Position numbers and translations under genes: made by a program. This document shows, piece by piece, positions 1 to 11,589 of a stretch of 64,000 nt of DNA; within the stretch, counting starts at the first letter, position 1; each line of letters begins with the position of its first letter. Source of the stretch: Hemiscyllium ocellatum (Eukaryota); contig NC_083409.1 of assembly GCF_020745735.1 (NCBI RefSeq), positions 36,228,048 through 36,292,047 of the forward strand. Direction: 5' to 3'. Below the pieces are notes generated by a model. That model ran no database searches and had not been told where the DNA came from. It was given only the letters and a program-made list of their open reading frames with translations.

Positions 1-64
1 GTTTGATTTAATCCCTGCCTTCCCCTTCACTGTTTGATCATGCAGTCCTGCCCTTTGATGTAGT

Positions 65-380
65 GGGCGGCATGGTGGCACAGTGGTTAGCACTGCAGCC
101 TCACAGCGCCTGAGACCCGGGTTCAGTTCCCGACTCAGGTGACCGACTGTGTGGAGTTTGCACGTTCTCCCCGTGTCTGCGTGGGTTTCCTCCGGGTGCT
201 CCGGTTTCCTCCCACAGTCCAAAGATGTGCGGGTCAGGTGAATTGGCCATGCTAAATTGTCCGTTGTGTGTTAGGTAAGGGGTAAATGTAAGGGTATGGG
301 TGGGTAGCGCTTCGGTGGGTCGGTGTGGACTTGTTGGGCTGAAGGGCCTGTTTCCACACTGTAAGTAATCTAATCTAATC
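65..380 (+). mobile_element. HE1-type tRNA-derived V-SINE, full length
   Basis: tRNA-like head GGGCGGCATGGTGGCACAGTGGTTAGCAC...GGTTCAGTTCCC, V-domain core (GTGTGGAGTTTGCAC...GGGTTTCCTCCGGGTGCTCCGGTTTCCTCCCACAGTCCAAAGATGTG) and (TAATC)n tail; near-identical copies at 9043 and 26726. Confidence 0.9.
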
Positions 381-751
381 ATTGCTTGTCACTGGCCACT
401 TGAATGCTTCTTTTCTTCCTGGTGGTGGAAACTGAATAAAGATTTGTACACCTTGTGTCTTTCACTATGTCTCGCAATATATATAAAAAAAGAAATAAAC
501 AGGAGTGTCAGAGGTTCTGTTTACTCTAACAAAGAAAATAAAATACGAACGGGGAATCACGCAGCATTGCCCTTTGATTTAAAAAAAAGTTGGAAGTTGA
601 AGCATTCAAGGTGGGTTGGGTCAGGATTGGATTTTTCTTTGCACATCCTATCACCCCTCTTCTATCATTATGGGAGGGGGATAAGGAGGTATCATGACTC
701 CCTTCCCACTGATAGTAACTTTGATCCATTGCAATGAACTCAGGTTAAGTA

Positions 752-969
752 CAAGTCATTCTGCTTTAATACACATTTTGTTATCGCAGATACAGTGTTA
801 CGCAATTGACAAATTGGGGACACTGTTTCTAAAGCACAAACTTTAAAGCATGTGTTGATTGTAATGCAATTACATCGCCAACACTTTAAGCGCTGTTTCT
901 AAAGTGTGATTTTTCTATAATGCAGAGCTGCGCACGCACGCAACCACTGCATTATACAAGAACTACCTG
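752..969. mobile_element. Degenerate Tc1/mariner (Tigger/pogo-like) MITE
   Basis: TA-flanked imperfect terminal inverted repeats: TA-CAAGTCATTCTGCTTTAATAC at the left versus reverse complement of the right end TA-CAGGTAGTTCTTGTATAATGC. Confidence 0.45.
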
Positions 970-2764
970 TATAGCAAAGGTGCAGTGTCTGGTCACACAG
1001 AACTGTTGTTACTTTTGATTCAGTAAGTGTATGATTCCATTTTTAAAAAAAATCATTTCTGATATGATCACTCATGGCAAAAAGCAGCACTTAGTTGCCT
1101 TATCTAACTACTCTGAAGAAGATGGCGGTAATTTGCCTTCCTGAATTGCTGCAGTCCATGTTGTGATAGTACCCTCAAAATGCTCTTAACTAGGGATTCT
1201 CAGGACTTGGATGATGAACTTTGTACCATATGATATTTAATTTACCTCTATCCCTCATCTTTCTTTTCCTCTGGGAACGTATTCTTTTAAAAAATGTTTT
1301 ACACTTCACAAATCTTCCCTTACCTATATCTGACCTCTTCCCTCAGGGGCGAAATATTTTCTGCACATGTATTCCCTTATGCTTACACAGGAACTGTTTT
1401 GTGTTTTCTTACTCAGTAGGCCCAAAGAGTGAATGAAGAGTTAAATTGATTGATAAGTTCCCTCCTTATCCCACTGTGAGTGAAAGAATTTTGAGTGAAC
1501 TCTTTATTCATTTGTCATGTATGAAAACTAAAGTGCTTAGAGTTCTGGATAAACAATATAACACATTCAGAGTCAGATTTGCAATAAATTGGCATTTGAG
1601 GTCATTCTGCATAATGATGGACAAATTGTTGGACTAATTTGATGTGTGGTTGATTGCAAGAAATCCCATATAATTTCTAATTGTACATTGTAAAAGAAAA
1701 TTAAGCAAAGCTGCACAAAGATTTCGAAGTGTAGATCATTACCCATATATCTTCAGAATTCCTCATACAACTGCTTCCACATCAATGTGTTTAGTAATGA
1801 ATATAGGTTAATCATTTGGTTACATTACAAATGGGCATTTAATTATTCTGCTAAGTTTCAGTGAACAGTATGTGTATTCTTGTGATGATTAACAAAGGAT
1901 TCCCTTAGGATATCCCCAACCACCTCACGGTGGATTGAAGTACTTTTGAAATGAAGTCAGCCTAGAGACATTCGGAAGTCCATGAGTAACATCTGGCTAT
2001 CTAGCCCCTTGGTGTTGTCAATCATTTATTCTATTCTGATTAATCTTTTGAAACTAGGAGTGCACTTTTGGCAAGTGGTTGGAGATCCACTCCAAATGGG
2101 GTTTGGGTAGCCAAAACACCAAGGACAGAAGTGGCACCTCCCTGTGATATTGCCAGGAGGGCTTTGGTGGCCAATTGAGGACAGTGAGTTGGAATTCCAC
2201 AGCGCTAACCCTGTCAGAGGGCCAGCAGCGACAGAGTCTCAATGGTGCCACTGCTGAGGCAGCAAGGAGTACATGAGGGCCTAGCAGACAAGATCTCACG
2301 AACAGAGCTGGGAGTGGTGGGAGAGGGAATATTTCCCCCTTGAATGGCAATGTTGAGCTGCCAAGTATGTAATTTTCTGTTCACAACCCTCCTCTCTGCA
2401 CCGTGGAGCTCTTAGAATAGCTAGAGGTCTCCCCACATGCCATTAGGGTAGAGTGATTTTTTTTTCCACTGCTTGCTAAATGACATGGGAAAATTGCCCT
2501 TAAATTATTCACTATTCATTCAAATACCAAGCTGCCACCATTTCCATCGATGGGGACTTCCCCATTGGCAGGGGTCCACCACAATATGGCTCCAGGCATT
2601 TTACCTGGCAGTTTCTCTTCTGCCCACTCAACCTCAGTTCCTTGATGTTTGACCAGATTGAAGATACCGCTGCCCTAGGATGGGGAAGATGGAACATTGC
2701 TGCTCCAATTGCCTCTCCTAAGTCATTGAAGAAGCAGACAGTGACAGTGCAAAACAAAGGAACT

Positions 2765-3344
2765 GTGGAAAACCTCAGTTGACCAGAACCTAACTTTACT
2801 AGTTGTTTTAAGCAAGTGTAAGTCGAATGTTCCAGAAGTGGTGCAACTGGTCAGCCCACCTAGTTTTAAACAAAACAGAATTTATTTACAAGATTACCAA
2901 ATAAAACACAAACAAAAGAGAACAGAATACTGAATAACGTAACCTACCCGAAAACCCAACAAACTATCCCAACTTAACAATGCTGTCCAAATACTTGCAA
3001 CAATCCCCATAAACACCCCTTGGCACAAAAGGTAAAATCAAACACAAATTCTTACAAGATAGAAGGCAGAGAGAGTGTACCAGCCTGGACCTGCATCTTT
3101 GGGTCCAGCAGCTTTTTTCCACACTACTGCCAAACCAGAGAAAAGCTGAGCTGGGAGAACTGGCCACTCCCCTTTCATTGTCCAGGTGTTTTTGAAAACA
3201 TGAACGCCTTCTTCTTGAGGCAGCTATTATTAAATTGGCCCTAAAACCCTTTAACCCCAGGCTTTTTGGAGTCAGTGTTGTTTACAACCTCTGAAAAAAA
3301 AGCCAAAGACAGCATAACCTTGATAAAGGAGAAGCTTCATCACA
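2765..3344 (-). repeat. 3' LTR of the gypsy element
   Basis: Homologous to 10050-10608 (shared GGCACAAAAGGTAAAATCAAACACA...GAGAGAGTGTACCAGCCTGGACCTGCATCTTTGGGTCCAGCAGC); starts TGTGATGAAG on the minus strand directly after the PPT; left boundary uncertain. Confidence 0.85.
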
Positions 3345-3360
3345 CCTCTCCCCCTTAAAA
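3345..3360 (-). other. Polypurine tract
   Basis: Minus strand TTTTAAGGGGGAGAGG abutting TG of the 3' LTR. Confidence 0.8.
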
Positions 3361-3653
3361 AAAATCATCAATGTCCAAAGATGGCTTCATTTTAAAACCC
3401 CATAAACCTAAATTGTTAGTACTCAAAACACACATACATATTACATTGACTAAAAATGTGCAAATATGCATAACCGTTTCAATCTGTTGTACTCCTGCCA
3501 CCGAACGCCTCCATTTCTCATTAAAGTCTTGACAATGCATCAGCAATCACATTTTCTCGTCCTGCCTCATGCACAATTTTCATATTGATGGCTGTAACAA
3601 CAAGCTCCATTTAAAAAGTGTAGCATTTTTGTCCTTAAATTTCCTCACAAACC

Positions 3654-3893
3654 TCAATGGCATATGATCAGTATATACAATTGTTTCGATAATTCACTGG
3701 TAATATAAACTTCGAAATGTTGTACTGCAAACACCAAGCTCAAAGCATCCTTCTCAACCATCGAATATTTCTGCTGATGAATGTTCAACTCCCTGGAGAA
3801 ATACCCAATAGATCTTTCTATCTTCTTGTCTTCTTGGGAAAGCACAGCACTGATACTCACATCACTTGTATCGATAGCCACTTTGAATGGCAT
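3654..3893 (-). pseudogene. Gypsy RNase H remnant
   Basis: PFKVAIDTSDVSISAVLSQ...IGYFSRELNIHQQKYSMVEKDALSLVFAVQHFEVY matches the Ty3/gypsy RH pattern. Confidence 0.85.
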
Positions 3894-4259
3894 GATTAGG
3901 TGTGGTTAATACTGGGCTAGTGGTTAACACAGCTTTCAGGCTGTCAAATGCTTCTGACAGTCTGCTGTTGCTGTAAGTTCTTGCCTTTCTTTAGCAATTT
4001 GTTGAGTGGTGCAACCACACTGCTAAAATTTTGTATGAATTTTCGATAAAATCCACTCAATCCCAGGAGGCGTAGGACAGCTCTTTTGTCAACTACAACA
4101 AGTAGTTCTCCTCACTCAATTTACATTCAACTTGATAAGGTCCTCTAAACCTTGCTTTTAAAGGTTCATCTATTTCTGGAAGTAACAGTAACACCTTATC
4201 CCCGATAGCAAAATTGTGAGTTTTTGATTTCTTGTTTGCTTTCTGTTTCATTGGGAAAC

Positions 4260-4946
4260 TCCTCAGTTACCTTTGCTTTTGCATCCGGTGGGGCCATTTG
4301 TCCATGTCTGATAACATGGCCCAGGAATGTGACATGGGATTTGGCAAATTTACTTTTAGCCAGGTTTATCATCAAACCTGCCTTCCAAAGTCGATCGAAC
4401 CAGTCTGATAAATGTCATAACTGTTCCTTCCATGTGTGACTAAAACTCACCAGGTCATTGATAATACACGACACAGTTGGGTAGTGCGGCAGTGACCTTA
4501 TTGGTTGGCCTTTGAAATGTGGCTGGTGCATTTTTCATACCAAATGGCATGACTTTAAACTGATACAGTCCATTTGGCGTTACGAAAGTCAAAATTGCCT
4601 TTGCTCTTTCTGACAAAGGTACCTGCCAGTATCCCCTGAGCAAGTCCAACTTAGAAATATAAGTTGCTTGTTCCACCTTCTCAACACAGTCTTCCAAACA
4701 CGGAATCAGATGTGCATCAGTCTTTGTAACTGCATTGACTTTGCAATAGTCCACACATAACCATTGGGTACCATCTGGTTTTGGCACCATTACTGTGGGT
4801 GAGCATCTGCCACTGTAACTCACTTCGATTATGTTGTTTTGGAACATGTTTTCACTCTCTTTTTGAACTTGTGCCAACTTTAGAGGGTTATACTCCCAAG
4901 GATATTGGTAAACCGGAACAGCATCTTCTATATCTCCATCATGCAT
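4260..4946 (-). pseudogene. Gypsy reverse transcriptase remnant
   Basis: SPTVMVPKPDG..WLCVDYCKVN, KLDLLRGYWQVPL, MPFGMKNAPATFQR; catalytic YIDD reads YIND after a +1 frameshift. Confidence 0.9.
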
Positions 4947-5149
4947 AATTAGGTTAGTATTTCCCAGCCTATTTCCACTTATCTCCCCATATGAAAGTAA
5001 TAACTCTTTCAGGTCATTTCAATCTTCCTCTGGAAGGTAACTCAATAATTTATCCCAATTTTTGACAACTCCCTCATTGTCCAATTTAATTTGAGGAACG
5101 TCCAACTCAGAATCCTCTGACTTTGATTCTTCCCGCTGTGTTGTGATCA

Positions 5150-6260
5150 ATAACACCTTCTCCACTTTCCTTCCCTGTCACTATACTTTTTGAGCATATT
5201 CACATGATACACTCGGTGAGATTTCTTCTGTCTGGAGTCCCTATCGAGTAGTTCACCTCACTCAATTTAATCTCAATTTGATAAGGTCCACTAAACCTTG
5301 CTTTTAAAGGTTCATGTATCTCTGGAAGTAACAAGTAACACCTTATCTCTGATAGAAAAATTGCGAGTCTTTGATCTCTTGTCTGCTTCCTGTTTCGTTG
5401 TATGCTCTGATACTTTTAAATACTGTCTAGCCCACTCCCCAGCTCTATTTAAGTCATTCCCTAAAATTTGACACATAGTCCAAATATGGGATCTCTGAAT
5501 TCTGACTTCGCAATTTCACCTTTATCAATTTTAATGGCCCTCTCACCTCTTGCTCAAAAATTAATTCAAATGGACTGAATTTGATCAATTCGTTTGGTGC
5601 ATCTCTGATTGCAAAAAGTACAAACAGAACTCCCTTATCCCAATCATCTGACAGTCTTGACTATAAGCCCTCAGCATGGTCTTTAATGTCGGATATCACC
5701 TTTCTAGTGCTCCTTGTGATTCTGGATTGTACGCAGTAGATTTGAATTGTTTGATTCCTAAGCTGTCCATAACTTCCTTGAATAACTTTGATGTGAAATT
5801 TGTCCCTTGATCTGATTGTATCTCTGTCGGAAGTCTGTATCTCGTGAAAAATTTGAATAATTCCTCTCCAATCCCTTTGGCTGTGATATTGTGTAAGGGA
5901 ACAACCTTTGGAAATCCCGTGGACACATCCATTATTGCTAACACATATTGATGCACACTTTTTGTTTGAGGTAGGGGACTGACACAATCAATTAAGACTC
6001 TTGTAAAGGGTTCCTCAAATGCAGGAATAGGTATTAAAGGGGTGGGTTTTATTACTGCCTGTGGTTTTCCAATTACCTGATACGTATGACATATCTGACA
6101 AAATTCAACTACATCCTTGTGCAGTCCAGGACAGTAAAAATGTTTTTGTATTTCAGCTTGGGTTTTTCTCACTCCTAAATGACCCTCCAGAGGTAGCTCA
6201 TGTGTCACATGCAGCACTGCCCTCCTATAACATACTGGCAATATGATTTGATGAATGTCT
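5150..6260 (-). pseudogene. Gypsy integrase remnant (H2C2 zinc finger plus rve core)
   Basis: HELPLEGHLGVRKT...CQICHTYQ, VLIDCVSPLP, IQSDQGTNFTS, YNPESQGALER; continues frameshifted to a GPY-like C-terminus. Confidence 0.9.
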
Positions 6261-6667
6261 ACCGTTTCTCATCTGCCTGAATATATGATGGTCTCCATTT
6301 CCTCATCAAGACATCATTTTTAAGATAATAATGTTAAGGGATACATTCTGATTCTTTATCTGTATACACCTTTTGATATAATTGCTTTAAGTTTTCATCT
6401 TTCTGCTGTAACTCAGTTAATTTATCTGAGCTAAAGATGTCTGCATTGTCATCTGTTTTCCTGGCTTGTCTCAACCATTTGATTATACAGAGTCTGATTC
6501 CACATCAACTTTCTTATCTGTACTCTTTGATCTCTCCTGTTTCAGCTGGTGACTTTGTGACCTCGTTACCACACAGTTAGGAAACATCCCACGATGTATG
6601 TCCTGTAATAGTTCAGTTGCCTGAGTTTCCACTGGCTCATCAACCACAGTAGACAGCACTGCTACCT

Positions 6668-9040
6668 GTTTCTGGATTAGTGGTGCTGGAAGAGCACAGC
6701 AGTTCAGGCAGCATCCAAGGTGCAGCGAAATCGACGTTTCGGGCAAAAACCCTTCATCAGGAATAAAGGCAGTGAGCCTGAAGGGTGGAGAGATAAGCTA
6801 GAGGAGGGTGGGGGTGGGGAGAAAGTAGCATAGAGTACAATGGGTGAGTGGGGGAGGGGATGAAGGTGATAGGTCAGGGAGGAGAGGGTGGAGTGGATAG
6901 GTGGAAAAGGACATAGGCAGATAGGACAAGTCCGGACAAGTCATGGGGATAGTGCTGAGCTGGAAGTTTGGAACTAGGGTGAAGTGGGGGAAGGGGAAAT
7001 GAAGAAACTGCTGAAGTCCACATTGATGCCCTGGGGTTGAAGTGTTCCAAGGCGGAAGATGAGGCGTTCTTCCTCCAGGTGTCTGGTGGTGAGGGAGTGG
7101 CAGTGAAGGAGGCCCAGGACCTCCATGTCCTCGGCAGAGTGGGAGGAGGAGTTGAAATGTTGGGCCACAGGGCAGTGTGGTTGATTGGTGCGGGTATCCC
7201 GGAGATGTTCCCTAAAGCGCTCTGCTAGGAGGCGTCCAGTCTCCCCAATGTAGAGGAGCACGCATCGGGAGCAACGGATACAATAAATGATATTAGTGAA
7301 TGTGCAGGTAAAACTTTGATGGATGTGGAAGGGCCTTGGATGGAGGTGAGAGAGGAGGTGTGGGCACAGGTTTTACAGTTCCTGCGGTAGCAGGGGAAAA
7401 TGCCGGGATGGGAGGGTGGGTTGTAGGAGAGTGTGGACCTGACCAGGTAGTCACGGAGGGAACGCTTTTTGTGGAAGGCTGAAAGGGATGGGGAAGGAAA
7501 TATATCCCTGGTGGTGGGGTCTTTTTGGAGGTGGCAGAAATGTCGGCGGATGATTTGGTTTATGCGAAGGTTTGTAGGTGGGAAGGTGAGCACCAGGAGC
7601 ATTCTGTCCTTGTTACGGTTGGAGGGGTGGGGTCTGAGGGTGGAGGTATGGGTTGTGTTGGAGGGCATCTTTAACCACGTGGGAAGGGAAATTGTGGGCT
7701 CTAAAGAAGGAGGTCATCTGGTGTGTTCTATGGTGGAACTGGTCCTCCTGGGAGCAGATACGGCGGAGGCGGAGGAATTGGAATTACGGGATGGCATTTT
7801 TGCAAGAGGTAGGGTGGGAAGAGGTGTAATCCAGGTAGCTGTGGGAGTCGGTGGGTTTGTAAAAAATGTCAGTGTCAAGTCGGTTGTCATTAATGGAGAT
7901 GGAGAGGTCCAGAAAGGGGAGGGAGGTGTCAGAGATGGTCCTGGTAAATTTAAGGTCAGGGTGGAAAGTGTTGGTGAAGTTGATGAATTGCTCAAACTCC
8001 TTGCGGGAGCACGAGGTGGCACCAATGCAATCATCAATGTAGTGGAGGAAGAGGTGGGGAGTGGTGCCAGTGTAATTACGGAAGACCAACTGTTCTACGT
8101 AGCCAACAAAGAGACAGGCATAGCTGGGGCCCATACGTGTGCCCATGGCTACCCCTTTGGTCTGGAGGAAGTGGGAGGATTCAAAGGAGAAATTGTTAAG
8201 GGTGAGGACCAGTTCGGCCAAACGAATGAGAGTGTCAGTGGAAGGATACTGTTGGGGATGTCGGGAGAGGAAAAAATGGAGGGCTTGGAGGCCCTGGTCA
8301 TGGTGGATGGAGGTGTAGAGGGATTGGATATCCATGGTGAAGGGGGCCGGGGTAACGGAGGTCTTGGAGGAGGTGGAGGGCGTGGGTGGTGTCTCGAATG
8401 TATGTGGGTAGTTCCTGGACTAGGGGGGTTAGGACAGTGTCGAGGTAGGTAGAGATGAGTTCAGTGGGGGAGGAGCATGCTGCGACAATGGATCAGCCAG
8501 GGCGGTCAGGCTTGTGGATTTTGGAAAGGAGGTAAAACTGGGTAGTGCGGGGTTCCCGGACTATGAGGTTGGAAACTGTGGGTGGGAGATCTCCTGAGGT
8601 GATGAGGTTCTGTATGGTCTGGGAGATGATGGTTTGGTGATGGGGGGTGGGGTCATGGTCGAAGGGGCAGTAGGAAGAGATGTCCTTGAATTGGCATTTG
8701 GCTACAGCGGTGTAGATGTCAGTGCGCCAGACTACCACACTGCGCCCCCTTTATCTGTTGGCTTGATGGTGAGGTTGGGATTGGAGCAGAGGGATTGGAG
8801 GGCTGCGTGTTGTGAGGGTGAGAGGTTGGAGTGGGGGATGGGGGTAGACAGATTGAGGCCGTTAATGTCCCAGCGGCAGTTGGAAATGAAGAAGTCGAGG
8901 GCAGGTAATAGGCCAGCGCGGGGTGTCCAGGTGGATGCAGTGTGTTGGAGGTGGGCAAAGGAGTCCTTGGAAGGTGGGTGGGAATCCTAATTGTGAAAGT
9001 AAGCTTGGAGGCGGAGGCGGCAGAAGAATTGTTCGACGTC
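6668..9040 (-). mobile_element. Penelope-like element (RT plus GIY-YIG), 5'-truncated and frameshifted
   Basis: MDIQSLYTSI, KGVAMGTRMGPSYA, HYIDD (RT); LLYIGETGRLLAERFREH (GIY-YIG); hammerhead-containing 3' terminus at 6668-6770; interrupts the gypsy element between gag/PR and integrase. Confidence 0.92.
6729..6764 (-). ncRNA. Minimal type I hammerhead ribozyme in Penelope terminus
   Basis: Minus strand ATTC-CTGATGA-AGGGTTTTTGCCC-GAAACGTC-GATT: intact CUGAUGA and GAAA core, stem II, GUC cleavage triplet. Confidence 0.75.
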
Positions 9041-9042
9041 AC

Positions 9043-9385
9043 GGTGGCACATGGGCGGCACGGTGGCACGTGGGCGGCACGGTGGCACAGTGGTTAGCAC
9101 TGCTGCCTCACAGCGCCTGTAGACCCGGGTTCAATTCCCGACTCAGGCGACTGACTGTGTGGAGTTTGCACGTTCTCCCCATGTCTGCGTGGGTTTCCTC
9201 CGGGTGCTCCGGTTTCCTCCCACAGTCCAAAGATGTGCGGGTCAGGTGAATTGGCCAAGCTAAATTGCCCGTAGTGTTAGGTAAGGGGTAAATGTAGGGG
9301 TATGGGTGGGTTGCGCTTCGGCGGGTCGGTGTGGACTTGTTGGGCCGAAGGGCCTGTTTCCACACTGTAAGTCTAATCTAATCTA
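9043..9385 (+). mobile_element. HE1-type SINE with tandemly repeated 5' end
   Basis: Full HE1 body and (TAATC)n tail; 19-bp unit CACGGTGGCACRTGGGCGG repeated at the head; GTCAC on both sides (9038-9042 and 9386-9390) as candidate TSD. Confidence 0.9.
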
Positions 9386-9390
9386 GTCAC

Positions 9391-9950
9391 TGTAAACTAG
9401 CAATATCATTAGCAAGGACAACTTGTATTCCTGGAGCTGAAGGTTTGTCCAGTACTTCTCCCACGACTTCCCCACTCTTCTCTGGACACTTTAACCCCAC
9501 TCTACATAATTGAGCGCTTCTTGTCTTACCATGAATTCCTGTTACTAGTACCTTTTAGGCAGTAATCCTGCAGAAATACATACCAGTAATTCAAACTGCA
9601 TCATTTCTGTTGCCCTTTCCTTGTCTTTTGCTTATAACTCAATCTGTTTCATTTTCAATTGAATTTTAGCCATCTCTAAAGTTTCTGATGGCATTTCCAG
9701 CAAATTCAAATGCTGAGCAATGGCTGTAATTATCTGCCCTTCCCTCATGGAAGGCAGCAGATCCAACCCCAGCTTGTCTGTTAATTCCAGCACCTTGTCA
9801 TTAATCAACTTTCATAAAGCCCCCAAGGTCACTTCTTCCACCTCCAGAAAACTCTTGGTGATTGAAAGAGCCATTGCTATCCCAAGCAGTGTTTAGACCA
9901 ACCGAATTCAACACCCGGAACAAAAAACACAAACACATACCACTCACTGC
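9391..9950 (-). pseudogene. Gypsy gag/protease-region remnant
   Basis: Lies between the PBS and the Penelope/SINE insertion; reading GNDIASLQ continues as VAVLSTVV on the far side of the insertion (6667 downward). Confidence 0.6.
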
Positions 9951-9995
9951 CTTTAAGTGCAACAAGCAGAATCCCAGTTTGGAACGACAGAACAA

Positions 9996-10013
9996 ATCCC
10001 GGACAAGCTCCCA
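9996..10013 (-). other. Primer-binding site, tRNA-Pro type
   Basis: Minus strand TGGGAGCTTGTCCGGGAT, 16/18 match to canonical tRNA-Pro PBS TGGGGGCTCGTCCGGGAT, next to the 5' LTR. Confidence 0.8.
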
Positions 10014-10016
10014 ATC

Positions 10017-10608
10017 TAGTATGGACCAAGCCTGAACCCTTACAACATTTCAAGAAGGTAGCCCAGACCCTAACTTTGCTAGATGTTTTTGAAGCAGGTG
10101 TAACACCATTACTTCAGGAATGATGCAGCTGGTCAACCCACTTAATTTTAAACAAAACAGAATTTATTAACAAGATTACCGAATGAAACTGACACAAGAC
10201 AGAACAGAACACCGAATATCTTATCCTATCCGGAAACCCAACAGGCTGTCCCAATTTAATGATGCTGTTCCAAGTACTTGCAACAATCCCTGTAAACACC
10301 CCATGGCACAAAAGGTAAAATCAAACACAGGTTCTTACAAGATAGAAGGCAGAGAGAGTGTACCAGCCTGGACCTGCATCTTTGGGTCCAGCAGCTTTTT
10401 TCCACATTACTGCCAAACCAGTGAAAAGCTGAGCTGGGAGAAGTGCTTTTCTTTTAAAACTTGAAAGCCTGAGGCAGCGTCTGTTAGCTATTGTTAAATT
10501 GGCCCCAAAACCCCTTACCCCCAGACTTTTCAGAGTCTGTGTTGTTTACGATCTCTGAAGAAAAAGCCAAGAACAGCAAAACCTTGTTAAAGGAGCTGCT
10601 TCATCACA
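10017..10608 (-). repeat. 5' LTR of the gypsy element
   Basis: Homologous to 2765-3344; plus strand ends CTTCATCACA like the other LTR; followed by PBS on the minus strand. Confidence 0.85.
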
Positions 10609-11589
10609 AATGAATTGCAAATACGTCCTGTAATTGGATGGAAGATAGGTCATGAAGAATCTTCAAGGCTGGCACATATTGGATGTGCATGGGTAAGGGG
10701 TGCATGTGGCTAATGCCCATGGAGTTTGTCTTGAGATGTTAGTGCCCAGTGACCAACATGGGCATTGATTTGAGCAAGCGGTGAGCTGAATTTGTCAGAT
10801 ACATATAATTTTTTGCTCAACATTTGCCTTGTTTGGCGAATTTGGTAAGATAGGAAGCTAAATATTAATGAGGCAAGTTGAGGTATCAATAAGACATTTC
10901 ATAAATGATCAACCATTTAAATGGCAACTGAGTGCCACTTGTCAAAAGCATAGCCCACATCACTCAGATTCCAATGAGATCTGCCCCTTGTATTGATATA
11001 GATATTTCTGTGAAAATAACTCTGAAGCCTACATAAATTATTTTCAAGTGGAATGACTGTTACATCGCTAGATTCAAAAGTTATTTTACAGTAGCCTCAA
11101 CTCACAAATATCAGTGTGATGATGACCGTCTGTTGCATGTTCACCCGGCTATAGAAAAAGCCAAATGGTGCCATTTTAACATCCAGTTGAGGCTTAATCT
11201 CACATGTAAATGAAAGTGCCTCTATCAAAGCAGTGATCATAGAGTACTATCAGACACTTCTGATGAAGAATCACTGGATACTGAGTGCTAATATTTGAGC
11301 CCTATCACCATGGCAATGCTGCAGAATTAAACTACCCCCTCCGTAATTTTTCAATGTTAAACATATTGCCATATCTCTGACAATATAATGAGCGCACACC
11401 ATATTTACAGTGTCCACTGACCTCCCCACTCTCCTGTGATTTGTACAGCCAGAGTCAGGCAGTCAAAAAGTGGAGGTGAGCAATATGAGTGATTCCATCT
11501 CCACAAGAAATAGGTCAATGAGTGGAAAGTGTATGGGAAAAGAAAATAATTAACTTTAAAAGGTTGCATCACTCAGCTAGGGAGGCAGC

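Larger units (their letters stand above)
2765..10608 (-). mobile_element. Decayed Ty3/gypsy LTR retrotransposon, Gmr1-like domain order (gag-PR-INT-RT-RH)
   Basis: Two homologous LTRs (about 2765-3344 and about 10017-10608), PPT, tRNA-Pro PBS; minus-strand remnants of gag (about 9950-9391), integrase (6241-5660), RT (4946-4260) and RNase H (3893-3654); many stops and frameshifts. Confidence 0.88.

Noticed and set aside
65-135. tRNA-like sequence with A and B boxes
   Set aside because: It is the tRNA-derived head of the SINE and continues into the SINE body
7469-8452. 327-aa plus-strand ORF and similar long ORFs at 15390-16310
   Set aside because: Antisense shadows of the C-rich Penelope RT frame; Gly/Val/Glu-rich with no independent motif
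9108-9365. Repeated short ORF MWKQALRPNK (also 26719-27018, related 101-382)
   Set aside because: Reverse-strand translation of HE1 SINEs, not a gene family
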